64,000 nucleotides of DNA, from NCBI GenBank assembly GCA_040902225.1, contig JBBDXT010000007.1, positions 256,346-320,345 on the forward strand, read 5' to 3'. Positions within the stretch are counted from its first letter, which is position 1. Each line of letters opens with the position of its first letter. The position numbers were made by a program, and so were the translations under genes. Below, one piece after another: positions 1-9,197 of the stretch. The notes below the pieces were generated by a model, which was not told where the DNA came from, made no database searches, and saw only the letters and a list, made by a program, of their open reading frames with translations. The DNA comes from Chloroflexota bacterium (GTDB lineage Bacteria > Chloroflexota > Limnocylindria > QHBO01).

Positions 1-414
1 GGCATGCTGCAGCGCGACCCACGCCGCTACGGCGGCCTCTCCGCCTTCGCCGGGCTGGCGGGTCGCGCCCCTGCCCTGGCCGCAGCGATGGCCGTCCTGC
101 TCCTCTCCCTGACCGGGATCCCGCCCACGGTCGGTTTCTTCGCCAAGCTGTACGTGCTCGTGGCGACCGTGGATGCGGGGGTCGCCTGGCTGGCCGTGGC
201 GATCGCCCTGAACGCCGCCCTGGCGGCCTTCTACTACCTGCGTGTCATCGTCTACATGTACATGCGCGAGCCAGAGGCCGATCCGGCGCCGATCGACCGC
301 TCGCCGCTCACAGCCTTTGCGCTTGCGATCTCGGTGGCCGGCGTGCTCCTGCTGGGGCTCTTCCCGGACCCGATCATCAGCTTCCTGCGGGCGTCGGCTG
401 CCAGTCTGCTCTGA
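1..414 (+). CDS. nuoN: NADH-quinone oxidoreductase subunit N, C-terminal fragment (5' end outside window)
   Basis: C-terminal TM helices typical of NuoN/ND2 (LTGIPPTVGFFAKLYVL..., FYYLRV); runs from window edge to TGA at 412-414. Confidence 0.7.
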   Translation, partial: GMLQRDPRRYGGLSAFAGLAGRAPALAAAMAVLLLSLTGIPPTVGFFAKLYVLVATVDAGVAWLAVAIALNAALAAFYYLRVIVYMYMREPEADPAPIDRSPLTAFALAISVAGVLLLGLFPDPIISFLRASAASLL

Positions 415-441
415 GCGGGCCGCCACGGTAGACTCGGGCCG

Positions 442-1128
442 ATGAAGGCCTCCTCCGCGCCGGGAACCGTGCTGCCGCTGCTCCTGGCCGTGGTCGGGGT
501 GGGTCTCATCCTCGCCGGGCAGCTGCCCGTCGACAGGCCGGGAGCCAGCCTGCCGGGGATCCCCGAGCCGAGCGAGGTGGCGGTGGCCACTCCCACTCCC
601 ACGCCGGGTCCCTCGGGGTTCACGCCGGTGCCGACCCCCTCAGCCACCCCCATCCCCGACGATTGGGTGGCCAAGCAGATCGAGATCCCGTCGGTCGCGC
701 TGAACGTGGCGGTCAAGCACGCGACCATCGGTCAGGGGGGCTTTCCGCCCGACGACGCCGCGTACGTTCTCTACCAGAGCTCGGAGCCGGGACGCGGCAC
801 GAGCACATACATCGTCGGGCACGCGCTTCAGCACCTCTTCAAGCGCCTCTGGAACGTGGTCCTGGGAGCGGAGGTCAAGATCCTCATGTCGGACGGGGTC
901 GTGCTGCACTACGTGGTGACGGAGATCCACCCCAACGTCAGCTGTCCCGACGAGCGCGTCCCTGAGATGCCCAACCCGCCGCTCGCCCTCCAGTACCCGC
1001 CGCCGGGCAATTGCCCTGGCGCGGAGTGGGCGAGCCCCACCGACCATGAGCGCCTCACCCTGCAGACGAGCCAGGGCTTCAACCGCAACTGGGGCGAGCT
1101 GATCATCATCGCGGACCCGCTCTTCTAG
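442..1128 (+). CDS. Sortase-fold protein (class E/F-like) with N-terminal TM anchor and Pro/Thr linker; catalytic Cys replaced by Ser (TLQTSQG)
   Basis: TM segment then PTPTPGP linker; conserved sortase motifs YIVGH (His) and LTLQTSQG aligning to TLxTC, followed by Arg-containing strand (GFNRNWGELIIIA). Confidence 0.5.
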   Translation: MKASSAPGTVLPLLLAVVGVGLILAGQLPVDRPGASLPGIPEPSEVAVATPTPTPGPSGFTPVPTPSATPIPDDWVAKQIEIPSVALNVAVKHATIGQGGFPPDDAAYVLYQSSEPGRGTSTYIVGHALQHLFKRLWNVVLGAEVKILMSDGVVLHYVVTEIHPNVSCPDERVPEMPNPPLALQYPPPGNCPGAEWASPTDHERLTLQTSQGFNRNWGELIIIADPLF

Positions 1129-2669
1129 CGGGCGCGACGCCGCCCCTCGACCAGCAGCGCGGGGATCACGGTCAGCACCGCCACCGCCAGCGCGATCTGG
1201 AGGACGAGGCGCAGGACGCCGGCCGCCTCCCCGCGTGACCACGCCTCGAGCAGGTCCACCAGCGCCAGGCTCGAGCGCGGGTCGACCGCAACGAACTCGG
1301 GGTGCCCCAGGCTGGTGACCAGGGCGTCGCGACGCGGCGGGTCGTTGATGAGCGCGGTCAGCTCGTCGATCCGGTTCTGGCCGATGCTGGTCAGAAGCGC
1401 CAGGCCGACGCTCATCCCGATCGTGCGGGTCACCTGCAGCATGGCGCTGGCCACCCCGTACGCGGATGCGCCGGCCGCCTCGACCGCGGCAGTCGCCCGC
1501 GGCGAGACGGTGAGCCCGAATCCGGCGCCGAAGATGGCCAGGTCGCGCTGCAATCGAGCCAGGTCCGTCTCGACCCCCCAGCCGGTTGCGAACCAGAGGC
1601 CGATGATGGTCAGCCCCACTCCGGCGACAGTGGTGAGCCGCTGGCCGACCAGCCCGGACCCCACCCCTCCCACGACGGCTCCGATCGCAATCGCCAGGGT
1701 CAGGGCGGTGAGCGCCGCGGCCGATCGGTCCGCGCCGGCGTTCAGCACGCGGCTGACGAAGACCGGCCCACCGATGATGGCCGTGGCCAGCGTGTAGCCG
1801 GTGAGCAGGCTGACCCCGTTCGAGGCCGCGAAGCGTGCGTCGGCGAAGAGGCGCGGATCGATCAGCGGCGCGGCCTGCCGCAGCTCGCGCAGCACGAACG
1901 CGACCGCGCACAGCGCCGACGCGGCCAACCCTCCCAGCACCAGCGGGTCGCCCCAGCCGCGCTCGCCGGCGAGCGACAACGCTCCGACGCCGGCGACCAG
2001 CGCCACCGACGCCAGCAGCCCAGCCGCCAGGTCCAGCCGGCCGGCGGCGCGCGGCGTCTCCACTCCCCCGGCGACCACGTACAGCAGGAGCAGCACCACC
2101 AGGCCGACCGGCACGTTCAGGAAGAAGATCCATTGCCAGCCGACCACGTCGAGTCCGGGGATCGGCAGCGCCACGTTCAGCAGGACCCATGCGCCGTAGG
2201 CGGGTCCGACCGCCATCCCCACGAAGGTCGCCGCCCCCTCGACCCCCAGCGCCGTCGCTCGCGCCCGGCCGGCGAAGAGGTGGCTGGCCAGGGCCATCGA
2301 GAGCGGGACGAGCGCTCCGCCGCCCAGGCCCTGCACCACCCGCGAGCCGATCAGCCAGGCGAGGCCGGTCTCGGGACCCGCGATGCGCGACAGGCCGGCG
2401 CCCAGGCTGCCGAGGCAGAAGAGTCCGAGGGCGATCAGGTACAGCCGGCGAGCGCCCCACAGGTCGGCGGCCCGCCCGGCCAGCGGCATCGCCACGATGT
2501 AGGCGAGAAGGTAGCCGTTGACGATCCAGCTGGCACGTCCCAGATCGGCCCAGCCGCCAAAGTCGGCGACGATCGAGGGCAGCGCGACGGCGACCACCAT
2601 CAGCTCCGCGCCCCCCAGGAAGACGCCAAGCGAGGCCACCGCCAGGATCCCCCAGGCGGTGAGCTTCAC
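1125..2669 (-). CDS. MFS transporter, DHA2-like (14-TMS drug:H+ antiporter family)
   Basis: Multiple TM helices and MFS motifs (GRAADLWGARRL, LGxxG); GTG start chosen at 2669 (VKLTAWG...) overlapping the upstream permease stop by 4 nt. The ORF-track N-terminal extension is a low-complexity Arg/Gly artefact. Confidence 0.7.
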   Translation of the reverse strand: MKLTAWGILAVASLGVFLGGAELMVVAVALPSIVADFGGWADLGRASWIVNGYLLAYIVAMPLAGRAADLWGARRLYLIALGLFCLGSLGAGLSRIAGPETGLAWLIGSRVVQGLGGGALVPLSMALASHLFAGRARATALGVEGAATFVGMAVGPAYGAWVLLNVALPIPGLDVVGWQWIFFLNVPVGLVVLLLLYVVAGGVETPRAAGRLDLAAGLLASVALVAGVGALSLAGERGWGDPLVLGGLAASALCAVAFVLRELRQAAPLIDPRLFADARFAASNGVSLLTGYTLATAIIGGPVFVSRVLNAGADRSAAALTALTLAIAIGAVVGGVGSGLVGQRLTTVAGVGLTIIGLWFATGWGVETDLARLQRDLAIFGAGFGLTVSPRATAAVEAAGASAYGVASAMLQVTRTIGMSVGLALLTSIGQNRIDELTALINDPPRRDALVTSLGHPEFVAVDPRSSLALVDLLEAWSRGEAAGVLRLVLQIALAVAVLTVIPALLVEGRRRAR

Positions 2670-3385
2670 AGATCGCTGCGCTCGAGCCCCGCCCCGGCCA
2701 ATGCGAGCAGAACGGCTGCCGATGCCAGCGCGGCCCCGGCCGACTGGAGCGCGCCCGCCACCGGGCGAACGGCGGAGTCCAGGTGCGTCAGGAGGCCCAG
2801 GCCGCCGATCGGCAGCGGAAGCGCGCTCAACGGCGCCAGGAAGGCCGCCGCAACCAGCGGGGTGCTGACCGCCACAGCAAGGAGGGTCGCCGGCAGGTTC
2901 GGCAGCGTGGTGCCGATGAGGAGGCCCGCAGCTACGCCGGCCAGGGCGGTCCCTGCGGTTGCCGCCGCGGCCGCGGCGAAGGGGAGCGCGTCGGGCGGTG
3001 CCTCGGCCCGGCCGATGACCGCCAGCCAGGCACCGACTGCACCGAGTGCGAGGCCCGTGATGAGCAGGATGGCGAAGGCCAGGAACCACGAGAAGAGGAC
3101 CGATGCGCGCGGCACGGCGCGCACCGCCATCCAGGCCACCGTTCCGCGGCGGCGCTCATGGGCCATGGTCAGCGCCGCCAGGCCCGACGCAACGCAGATC
3201 GCCGCGCCGGCGGCGACGGCGTACCAGAAGCTGGCCCCGCCGACCGCGGTCTCGCCCGCAAACTCGGGCGGCACCGCGCTGACCAGCATCCCGCCGACCA
3301 CCGGCAGGCCGACCAGGGGGACCAGCCGGAAGCTGATCCACAGCTCGTGCAGCGCCATGCGCGTGAGCGTCCGGAGGCGCCTCAT
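2666..3385 (-). CDS. ABC-2 type transporter permease
   Basis: Six predicted TM helices with ABC-2 E(R)ExGT-like motif (AHERRRGT); translationally coupled (4-nt overlaps) to the ATPase upstream and MFS downstream. Confidence 0.55.
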   Translation of the reverse strand: MRRLRTLTRMALHELWISFRLVPLVGLPVVGGMLVSAVPPEFAGETAVGGASFWYAVAAGAAICVASGLAALTMAHERRRGTVAWMAVRAVPRASVLFSWFLAFAILLITGLALGAVGAWLAVIGRAEAPPDALPFAAAAAATAGTALAGVAAGLLIGTTLPNLPATLLAVAVSTPLVAAAFLAPLSALPLPIGGLGLLTHLDSAVRPVAGALQSAGAALASAAVLLALAGAGLERSDL

Positions 3386-4176
3386 CCGGCCTCCGCGGCG
3401 TTCAGCTCGATGAGCGCGTCGATGCCCCGCCGCGAGAGCGCCAGGCCCCTCTGGTCGAGCTCGTCCACGGAGGCGTGCAGGAGCAGGCGACCCTTACGCA
3501 GGAAGGCGACCTGATTCACCAGCCCCGCCTCGCTGGCCGGGTAGCGGCTCGCAATCACGACGGTGCGCCTCCGACCCTGCATGGTCAGCAGCCGCGCCCG
3601 CTCCTCAGGATCCGCTGCCCGCAGCGGCTCATCCAGGAGGAGCACCTCGGGCTCCGTCAACATCGCCGAGGCGAGGGCGACGCGCTGGGCGAGGGGCTCG
3701 CCCCCGCGTCGAATCGGCTGGTCGAGGTGCACCCCGATCCGATAGTGCTCCGCCACCCCGTCGATCCTGCGCTGGATGTCAGGTGGATCGTATTCGGCGA
3801 TGCGCCCCGCCAGGTCGAGCACTTCGCGCGGCGTCATCCACGGGTAGATCCCCGCCTCCGGACCCACGTAGCCGACGCGTCGCGCCCAGCCCGCCGCGGA
3901 GCTGTCAGGGCGCGCCACGCCCGCCAGCCGCACGATCCCGGACTGCATGCGGGAGAGGCCGGCCAAAATCCGCAGCAGCATTGACGCCGACTGCTCCGGC
4001 TGCGACACGACGAGGAGGCGCGCACCGACGCCGACCACCATGGTCAGGTCATCCAGGAGGCGCTGCCCGCGCTGTCTGCGAGTAACGCCCTCGCACACCA
4101 CCGCTGCGGGCTTGAGCGTGCGAACCGACCGCGAGGCCCACAGCGCGTCGGGCGTGGAACTCGTCAGGGGTCGCAC
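3382..4176 (-). CDS. ABC transporter ATP-binding protein with degenerate Walker A and signature motifs
   Basis: Walker B LLLDEP and Q-loop/H-loop context are present. The Walker A position reads VVSQPEQSAS instead of GxxGxGKS/T, and the signature reads RGGEP instead of LSGGQ. Confidence 0.55.
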   Translation of the reverse strand: MRPLTSSTPDALWASRSVRTLKPAAVVCEGVTRRQRGQRLLDDLTMVVGVGARLLVVSQPEQSASMLLRILAGLSRMQSGIVRLAGVARPDSSAAGWARRVGYVGPEAGIYPWMTPREVLDLAGRIAEYDPPDIQRRIDGVAEHYRIGVHLDQPIRRGGEPLAQRVALASAMLTEPEVLLLDEPLRAADPEERARLLTMQGRRRTVVIASRYPASEAGLVNQVAFLRKGRLLLHASVDELDQRGLALSRRGIDALIELNAAEAG

Positions 4177-4235
4177 CTCCGCCGGCAGTCTAGCACGGGC
4201 GATTCTTGGCCCTTGACGCCCGGCAGGTCAGGGCC

Positions 4236-4280
4236 ATATCATAAGCACCCGCTTATATCAATCCGCATTTGATAAAGAAG
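4236..4280. promoter_or_regulatory. Divergent promoter/operator region with two perfect 6-bp inverted repeats (ATAAGC-N4-GCTTAT; TATCAA-N7-TTGATA)
   Basis: The only AT-rich stretch locally; palindromes lie at 4241-4256 and 4256-4274, immediately upstream of the ArsR-family regulator start. Confidence 0.45.
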
Positions 4281-4289
4281 CACTACGCA

Positions 4290-4652
4290 ATGACGCTTGC
4301 CACAGAGACCCGCGCGGAGCGCGATCTGCGCCGCCTGCGAACCCTCTATCGCGCGCTGGGTGACGAGACCCGGCTGCGGGTCATCAGCCTGCTGGCCGAA
4401 TTCGGCCCGATGCCCGTCAACGAGCTGTCGGCCCGCGTCGTGCTGTCACAGCCACTCATCAGCTGGCACCTGCGCATCCTGCGACTCTCCGACCTGGTCG
4501 AGACGCAGCGCCAGGGCCGCGAGGTGATCTGCCGGCTGCGGACCGCCGCCTTCGAAGAGCTGCACGAGCTGGAGGCACGACTGATCGGCGGGACCTCCGG
4601 CATTGGCATGGCGCGCCCGAACCGCTCCTCCGAGGTGACCGATGTCGGCTAG
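4290..4652 (+). CDS. ArsR/SmtB-family HTH transcriptional regulator
   Basis: HTH_20 signature (RLRVISLLAEFGPMPVNELSARVVLSQPLISWHLRILRLSDLVE). ATG at 4290 preferred over the TTG at 4269. Confidence 0.75.
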   Translation: MTLATETRAERDLRRLRTLYRALGDETRLRVISLLAEFGPMPVNELSARVVLSQPLISWHLRILRLSDLVETQRQGREVICRLRTAAFEELHELEARLIGGTSGIGMARPNRSSEVTDVG

Positions 4653-5331
4653 CCATCCGCAGGCCGGGCAGCTGCCGCGGGGCGGCTCGCTGCTGTCGAA
4701 CCGGCTGAAGGAGGCGGGCAGAGCGCTGCTCGCACCGTTGGTCCGGTTGGCGCAGCGACTCGGCATCACGCCCAATCGGGTCACCGTCATCGGATTCGTG
4801 GTGGTCGCCGTCGCAGCCGGGCTGGTTGCCATGGGGCAGCTCCTGGCCGGCGCGATCATCCTCGTCGCTGGGTCGCTGCTCGACGCGGTCGATGGGGCCC
4901 TGGCCCGCGCCACCGGTGGCAGCACCCCCTTCGGCGGCTTCCTCGACTCGACCCTCGACCGCGCGGCGGAGGCGATCCTGTACGTCGCCATCATCATCTA
5001 CTTCCTGCAGGTCGACGCCGATCCGATCGGGCCCGTGGTCCTGGCGCTCGCCGCCCTGTGCGGCTCGTTCATGGTCAGCTACACGCGAGCCAAGGCCGAG
5101 GCAATCGGCATCTCGGCCGCGGTTGGGCTCGCTCCCCGCACCGAGCGGCTCGTGCTGATCGTGGCCGGCATCGCGCTGGCCGGACTTGGCCTGCAGATCG
5201 GCCTGATCGGCGCCATCGGCATCGTCGCCGCCCTCTCGGCGGCAACCACCATTCAGCGCATCTGGCACGTTCAACGCGAGATGACAGAGTCGCCGACGGC
5301 CGTCGCCGGCGACAGCACAGAGGAGAGATAG
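4642..5331 (+). CDS. CDP-alcohol phosphatidyltransferase; candidate phosphatidylinositol-phosphate synthase (PgsA1-like)
   Basis: CDP-OH P-transferase motif [27 protein letters not shown]; small (229 aa) all-membrane protein directly upstream of ino1 and pimA, as in mycobacterial pgsA1. Confidence 0.7.
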   Translation: MSASHPQAGQLPRGGSLLSNRLKEAGRALLAPLVRLAQRLGITPNRVTVIGFVVVAVAAGLVAMGQLLAGAIILVAGSLLDAVDGALARATGGSTPFGGFLDSTLDRAAEAILYVAIIIYFLQVDADPIGPVVLALAALCGSFMVSYTRAKAEAIGISAAVGLAPRTERLVLIVAGIALAGLGLQIGLIGAIGIVAALSAATTIQRIWHVQREMTESPTAVAGDSTEER

Positions 5332-5336
5332 CAATC

Positions 5337-6542
5337 GTGGCCAGCACCAATGGCAAGGGCGCCCGCAACGGGCATCGCCCCACGGACGGCAAGATTCGGG
5401 TGGCGATCGTCGGCGTCGGCAACTGCGCCTCGAGCCTGGTCCAGGGTCGCCACTACTACGAGGACGCCAAGGACAACGACCTCGTCCCCGGCCTGATGCA
5501 CGTGAACCTGGGTGGCTACCACATCCGCGACATCGACTTCGTGGCGGCCTTCGACGTCGACAAGACGAAGGTCGGCAAGGATCTGTCCGAGGCGGTCTTC
5601 GCGGGACAGAACAACACCATCAAGTTTTCCGATGTGCCGCACACCGGCGTGACGGTGGACCGCGGCATGACCCACGATGGGCTCGGCAAGTACCTGTCGG
5701 AGGTGATCGAGAAGGCCCCCGGCCCGACCGCGGACGTGGTCGGCATCCTCAAGGACCGCAAGGTCGACGTGATGGTCTCGTTCCTGCCGGTCGGCTCCGA
5801 GCAGGCCACCAAGTGGTACGTCGAGCAGGCGCTCCAGGCGGGCGTCGGCTTCATCAATGCCATCCCGGTCTTCATCGGTCGTGAACCGTACTGGCAGCGG
5901 CGCTTTGCGGAGCGGGGCCTGCCGGTGATCGGCGACGACATCAAGAGCCAGGTCGGCGCCACCATCACCCACCGCGTGCTGACCCGTCTCTTCATGGATC
6001 GTGGCGTGCGGATCGATCGCACCTACCAGCTGAACTTCGGCGGCAACACCGACTTCCTGAACATGCTGGAGCGTGAGCGCCTCGAGTCGAAGAAGATCAG
6101 CAAGACGAACGCCATGACCTCGATGCTCGACTACGAGATCGACGACGACAACGTGCACGTCGGCCCGTCCGACTACGTCCCGTGGCTCAAGGACCGCAAG
6201 TGGTGCCACATCCGCATGGAGGGGACCACCTTCGGCGACGTGCCGCTCAACCTGGAGTTGAAGCTCGAGGTGTGGGACTCCCCGAACAGCGCCGGCGTGA
6301 TCACCGATGCGATCCGCTGCCTGAAGCTGGGCCTGGACCGCGGGCTGGCAGGCACGCTGGTCGGGCCCTCGTCCTACTTCATGAAGAGTCCGCCGCGCCA
6401 GCTGCACGACGACGTGGCCCACGAGCGGGTCGAGGCCTTCATCCGCGGCGACGACAACGAGACGCTGGTCGGCACCGAGACGCCGCCGAAGAGCACGCAG
6501 CGCAAGCTCGTTCCGGCTAAGGCCAAGGCCGCCTTCACCTAG
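5337..6542 (+). CDS. ino1: myo-inositol-1-phosphate synthase (bacterial/archaeal type)
   Basis: Rossmann N-terminus [16 protein letters not shown] and conserved MIPS core ([29 protein letters not shown]). GTG start at 5337, 5 nt after the upstream TAG. Confidence 0.85.
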   Translation: MASTNGKGARNGHRPTDGKIRVAIVGVGNCASSLVQGRHYYEDAKDNDLVPGLMHVNLGGYHIRDIDFVAAFDVDKTKVGKDLSEAVFAGQNNTIKFSDVPHTGVTVDRGMTHDGLGKYLSEVIEKAPGPTADVVGILKDRKVDVMVSFLPVGSEQATKWYVEQALQAGVGFINAIPVFIGREPYWQRRFAERGLPVIGDDIKSQVGATITHRVLTRLFMDRGVRIDRTYQLNFGGNTDFLNMLERERLESKKISKTNAMTSMLDYEIDDDNVHVGPSDYVPWLKDRKWCHIRMEGTTFGDVPLNLELKLEVWDSPNSAGVITDAIRCLKLGLDRGLAGTLVGPSSYFMKSPPRQLHDDVAHERVEAFIRGDDNETLVGTETPPKSTQRKLVPAKAKAAFT

Positions 6543-6551
6543 ACTGAGCGG

Positions 6552-7550
6552 GTGTCCAGCACGGCCAGCGCAACTGAGGTCGAGCGCCCACGGGCGGCAG
6601 CGGGCGAGCGGCGTCGGGAGCAGCTCACCTACTGGGGCTATCGGCTCGGCGAGCGGATCATCAACTTCCTGCCGCGTTGGCTGGTCCTCCCGCTCGCGGC
6701 GGCGGCCGGCAATGCGGCGCACGACCTGACCGGAGACAAGCGCGCCGTGGTGCGCGCCAATGTGGCGCATGTCCTGCACCTGCCGGCCGATCACCCGCGC
6801 GTGCGGCGAGCAGCTCGCCGGGCGTTCCGCAACTACGCCAGGTACCTGGCTGACGTCATGCGGCTGAGCACGCTGACGGCCGACGAGGTCGCGAAGCTGG
6901 TCGCCATCGACAACCTCGAGCTGCTCCATGAAGCGCGCGCGACCGAGCGCGGGGTGCTGCTCTGCACGGTCCATGTCGGCGGGATGGACCTGATCGCGCC
7001 AGCGCTGCACCGATTCGGGCACGAGATGCACGTCGTCGCCGACGACACGACCTACGGACGGCTGTACGAGCACCTGCGCGCGATCCGCGCTCGTCACGGG
7101 TTGACCCTGATCGGCTGGCGCAGCCTGCGCGGCCTCTTCCGCGCGCTGAAGGCGGGATCGAACCTCGTCCTCTTCTGCGACGGGGGATACCGCGACGGCG
7201 ACGTGCCGGTCGAGTTCCTGGGCGAGCCGACCACCTTCCCAGCCGGCCCTGCCGCGCTATCGGCCCGATCAGGAGCGCCGATGCTGCCGGTCGCCTGCAG
7301 CCGCCTGCCGAACGACCGATTCCGGACCCGCGGCCTGCCGCTGATCACCGCGGCCAACGACTCCCCGGCGGAGACCTATCGCGCCACCCAGGCGCTCGCC
7401 GACGCACTGGGCAGCGTGATCGCCGAGGATCCCGGCCAGTGGTACATGTTCCGCCCGGTCTGGCCACAGACCGATGCCGATCGCGCGCGGGCGCGCGCTG
7501 CCCTCGATGCGGCGCGCCGCGGCGAGGACTGGACGAAGCCGTCGGCCTGA
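6552..7550 (+). CDS. Lysophospholipid/lipid-A-type acyltransferase (LpxL/HtrB family; PatA-like), HX4D motif
   Basis: LPLAT catalytic motif HVGGMD and a downstream FCDGGYRDG-type block; sits in the PI/PIM operon. Confidence 0.65.
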   Translation: MSSTASATEVERPRAAAGERRREQLTYWGYRLGERIINFLPRWLVLPLAAAAGNAAHDLTGDKRAVVRANVAHVLHLPADHPRVRRAARRAFRNYARYLADVMRLSTLTADEVAKLVAIDNLELLHEARATERGVLLCTVHVGGMDLIAPALHRFGHEMHVVADDTTYGRLYEHLRAIRARHGLTLIGWRSLRGLFRALKAGSNLVLFCDGGYRDGDVPVEFLGEPTTFPAGPAALSARSGAPMLPVACSRLPNDRFRTRGLPLITAANDSPAETYRATQALADALGSVIAEDPGQWYMFRPVWPQTDADRARARAALDAARRGEDWTKPSA

Positions 7551-8443
7551 TGGGAGGCCTGTTGCTGGGCATCGGCCTGCGTGCCGCCGACCTGGTTGCC
7601 CGCCTCCTGCCGCGACGCGCCGCCTACGCGCTGGCAGATCTCGTCGGCTGGGCCTGGTACCGCCTCGCGTCCAGACGCCGGACCCTCGTCGCCGCCAACC
7701 TGGCCCGTGTGAGCGCGGCAATCGGTCGCCCGACCGCCGGTCCCGCCTTCCGTCGGCTGGTGCGCAAGGCGTTCGTCGAGCACGCCCGCTACTACCTCGA
7801 GCTGCTGCGCATCCCCCATGCCTCCATCGAAGAGGTCGGAGCGATGGTCAGCGTCGATGACTGGGAGCGTTGGGAGCCAGTCCTGCGCGGGGGCGTCGTG
7901 ATCGCGACGATGCATTTCGGGAACGCCGAGCCGTACGGTTCGTTCGTCGCCGCCCACGGCCTGCACGCCGTCGTTCCGGTCGAGGAGATTCGACCGAAAG
8001 CCCTCTACGACTTCCTCTTCGCCCGCCGGGCCAGCGGGCGCGGCGTCACGATGGTGCCGCTCTCCCAGGCTCGACGACCGCTGATGGAGGAGCTGCGCAA
8101 GGGCGGCATCGCGGGGGTGGTGGCCGACCGGAATTTTTCCGGTACGGGGCATCCCACCCTCCTGTTCGACGCGCCCACGAGCCTCCCCACCGGCCCGGCA
8201 AGCCTGGCGCTGCTCTCGGGCCGGCCGCTGCTGGTGGCTGCCAGCTGGCGAATCGGCCCGGAGCGGTTCAATGCCCGCGCCTGGCTGATCGAGGCGGAGC
8301 TCAGCGGCGACCGACGCGCCGACACGGCCGCCCTGACCGAGGCGATGGCTCGGCGCATGGAAAAGGCGATCAGCGTCTCGCCCGAGCAGTGGTTCGCCTG
8401 CTTCCAGCCGATCTGGGACGAGAAGAGGTCCCGGCGTGGCTGA
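7550..8443 (+). CDS. Second LpxL/HtrB-family acyltransferase paralog, HX4E variant
   Basis: Motif HFGNAE plus VVADRNFSG block; ATGA start/stop overlap with the upstream acyltransferase at 7548-7552. Confidence 0.6.
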   Translation: MGGLLLGIGLRAADLVARLLPRRAAYALADLVGWAWYRLASRRRTLVAANLARVSAAIGRPTAGPAFRRLVRKAFVEHARYYLELLRIPHASIEEVGAMVSVDDWERWEPVLRGGVVIATMHFGNAEPYGSFVAAHGLHAVVPVEEIRPKALYDFLFARRASGRGVTMVPLSQARRPLMEELRKGGIAGVVADRNFSGTGHPTLLFDAPTSLPTGPASLALLSGRPLLVAASWRIGPERFNARAWLIEAELSGDRRADTAALTEAMARRMEKAISVSPEQWFACFQPIWDEKRSRRG

Positions 8444-9197
8444 CGCGACACCTCTGAGACCACGAAGCGGTGGCGAGCGGGGCCGTGCGGACATGCACCT
8501 GCACACCCTGTACTCGGATGGCGTGATGGAGGTGCAGGCGCTGCTGGACCACGTCGAGCAGGCCACCGACCTCGACCTGATTGCGGTCACCGATCACGAG
8601 CGGATCGACGGGGCGCTGCGCGCGCTGGAGCTGCACGGCGCCGGCGACTATCACTTCGGCCTGATCGTCGGCGAGGAGATCACGACCCGGCGCGGCCATG
8701 TGCTGGCACTCTTCCTGAGCGAGCGCATCCCTGCCCTGCGTCCCCTTGAGGAGACGATCGAGCGGATCCACGCCCAGGGCGGGATCGCCATCGCCGCGCA
8801 CCCGATGGCGCCGCTCACCCCCAGCCTGGGGCGCCGCAGCCTGCTGCGCCTGCACCGCGACCCGGAGGCCAGCCATCGCCTCGACGCCATCGAGATGCTC
8901 AATCCCAGTGTCGCCGGGCGCGCGCGGCGGCCCCACCGCCATGCTCTCAACCAGCTGATGGAGCTCGCCGCCGTCGGCAACTCGGACGCGCACGTGCTCG
9001 AGCACGTGGGGACCGGCTGGACCTGGTTCCGCGGGGCAAGCGCCGAGGACTACCGCAGAGCGATCGCGGACCGCACCACTGAAGCCGAGGGCGAGTACTG
9101 GACCCCCTGGCACAACGTCAGCGTCTACGGGCGGCAGCTGGTCGCCAAGGCACGGCACGTCCGGCATACTCTCCGTCCCACAGGAGAATGGCGATGA
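8436..9197 (+). CDS. PHP-domain metal-dependent phosphoesterase (TrpH/YciV-like)
   Basis: N-terminal HxH motif MHLHTLYSDG; further PHP histidine/aspartate blocks (AVTDHE, IAAHP, NSDAH). Confidence 0.7.
   Translation: MADATPLRPRSGGERGRADMHLHTLYSDGVMEVQALLDHVEQATDLDLIAVTDHERIDGALRALELHGAGDYHFGLIVGEEITTRRGHVLALFLSERIPALRPLEETIERIHAQGGIAIAAHPMAPLTPSLGRRSLLRLHRDPEASHRLDAIEMLNPSVAGRARRPHRHALNQLMELAAVGNSDAHVLEHVGTGWTWFRGASAEDYRRAIADRTTEAEGEYWTPWHNVSVYGRQLVAKARHVRHTLRPTGEWR

Noticed and set aside
640-2460. 606-aa minus-strand ORF and other very long ORFs antisense or out-of-frame to annotated genes (e.g. 1302-3413 +, 5271-7097 -, 9125-10714 -, 20624-22789 +, 25549-27063 +, 42383-44416 +, 44501-46255 +, 32306-33760 -, 36911-38218 +, 52166-53347 +)
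   Set aside because: Low-complexity Arg/Gly/Pro/Ala-rich translations, typical stop-codon-poor shadow frames of ~70% GC DNA. Each overlaps a gene with clear family motifs on the other frame or strand.
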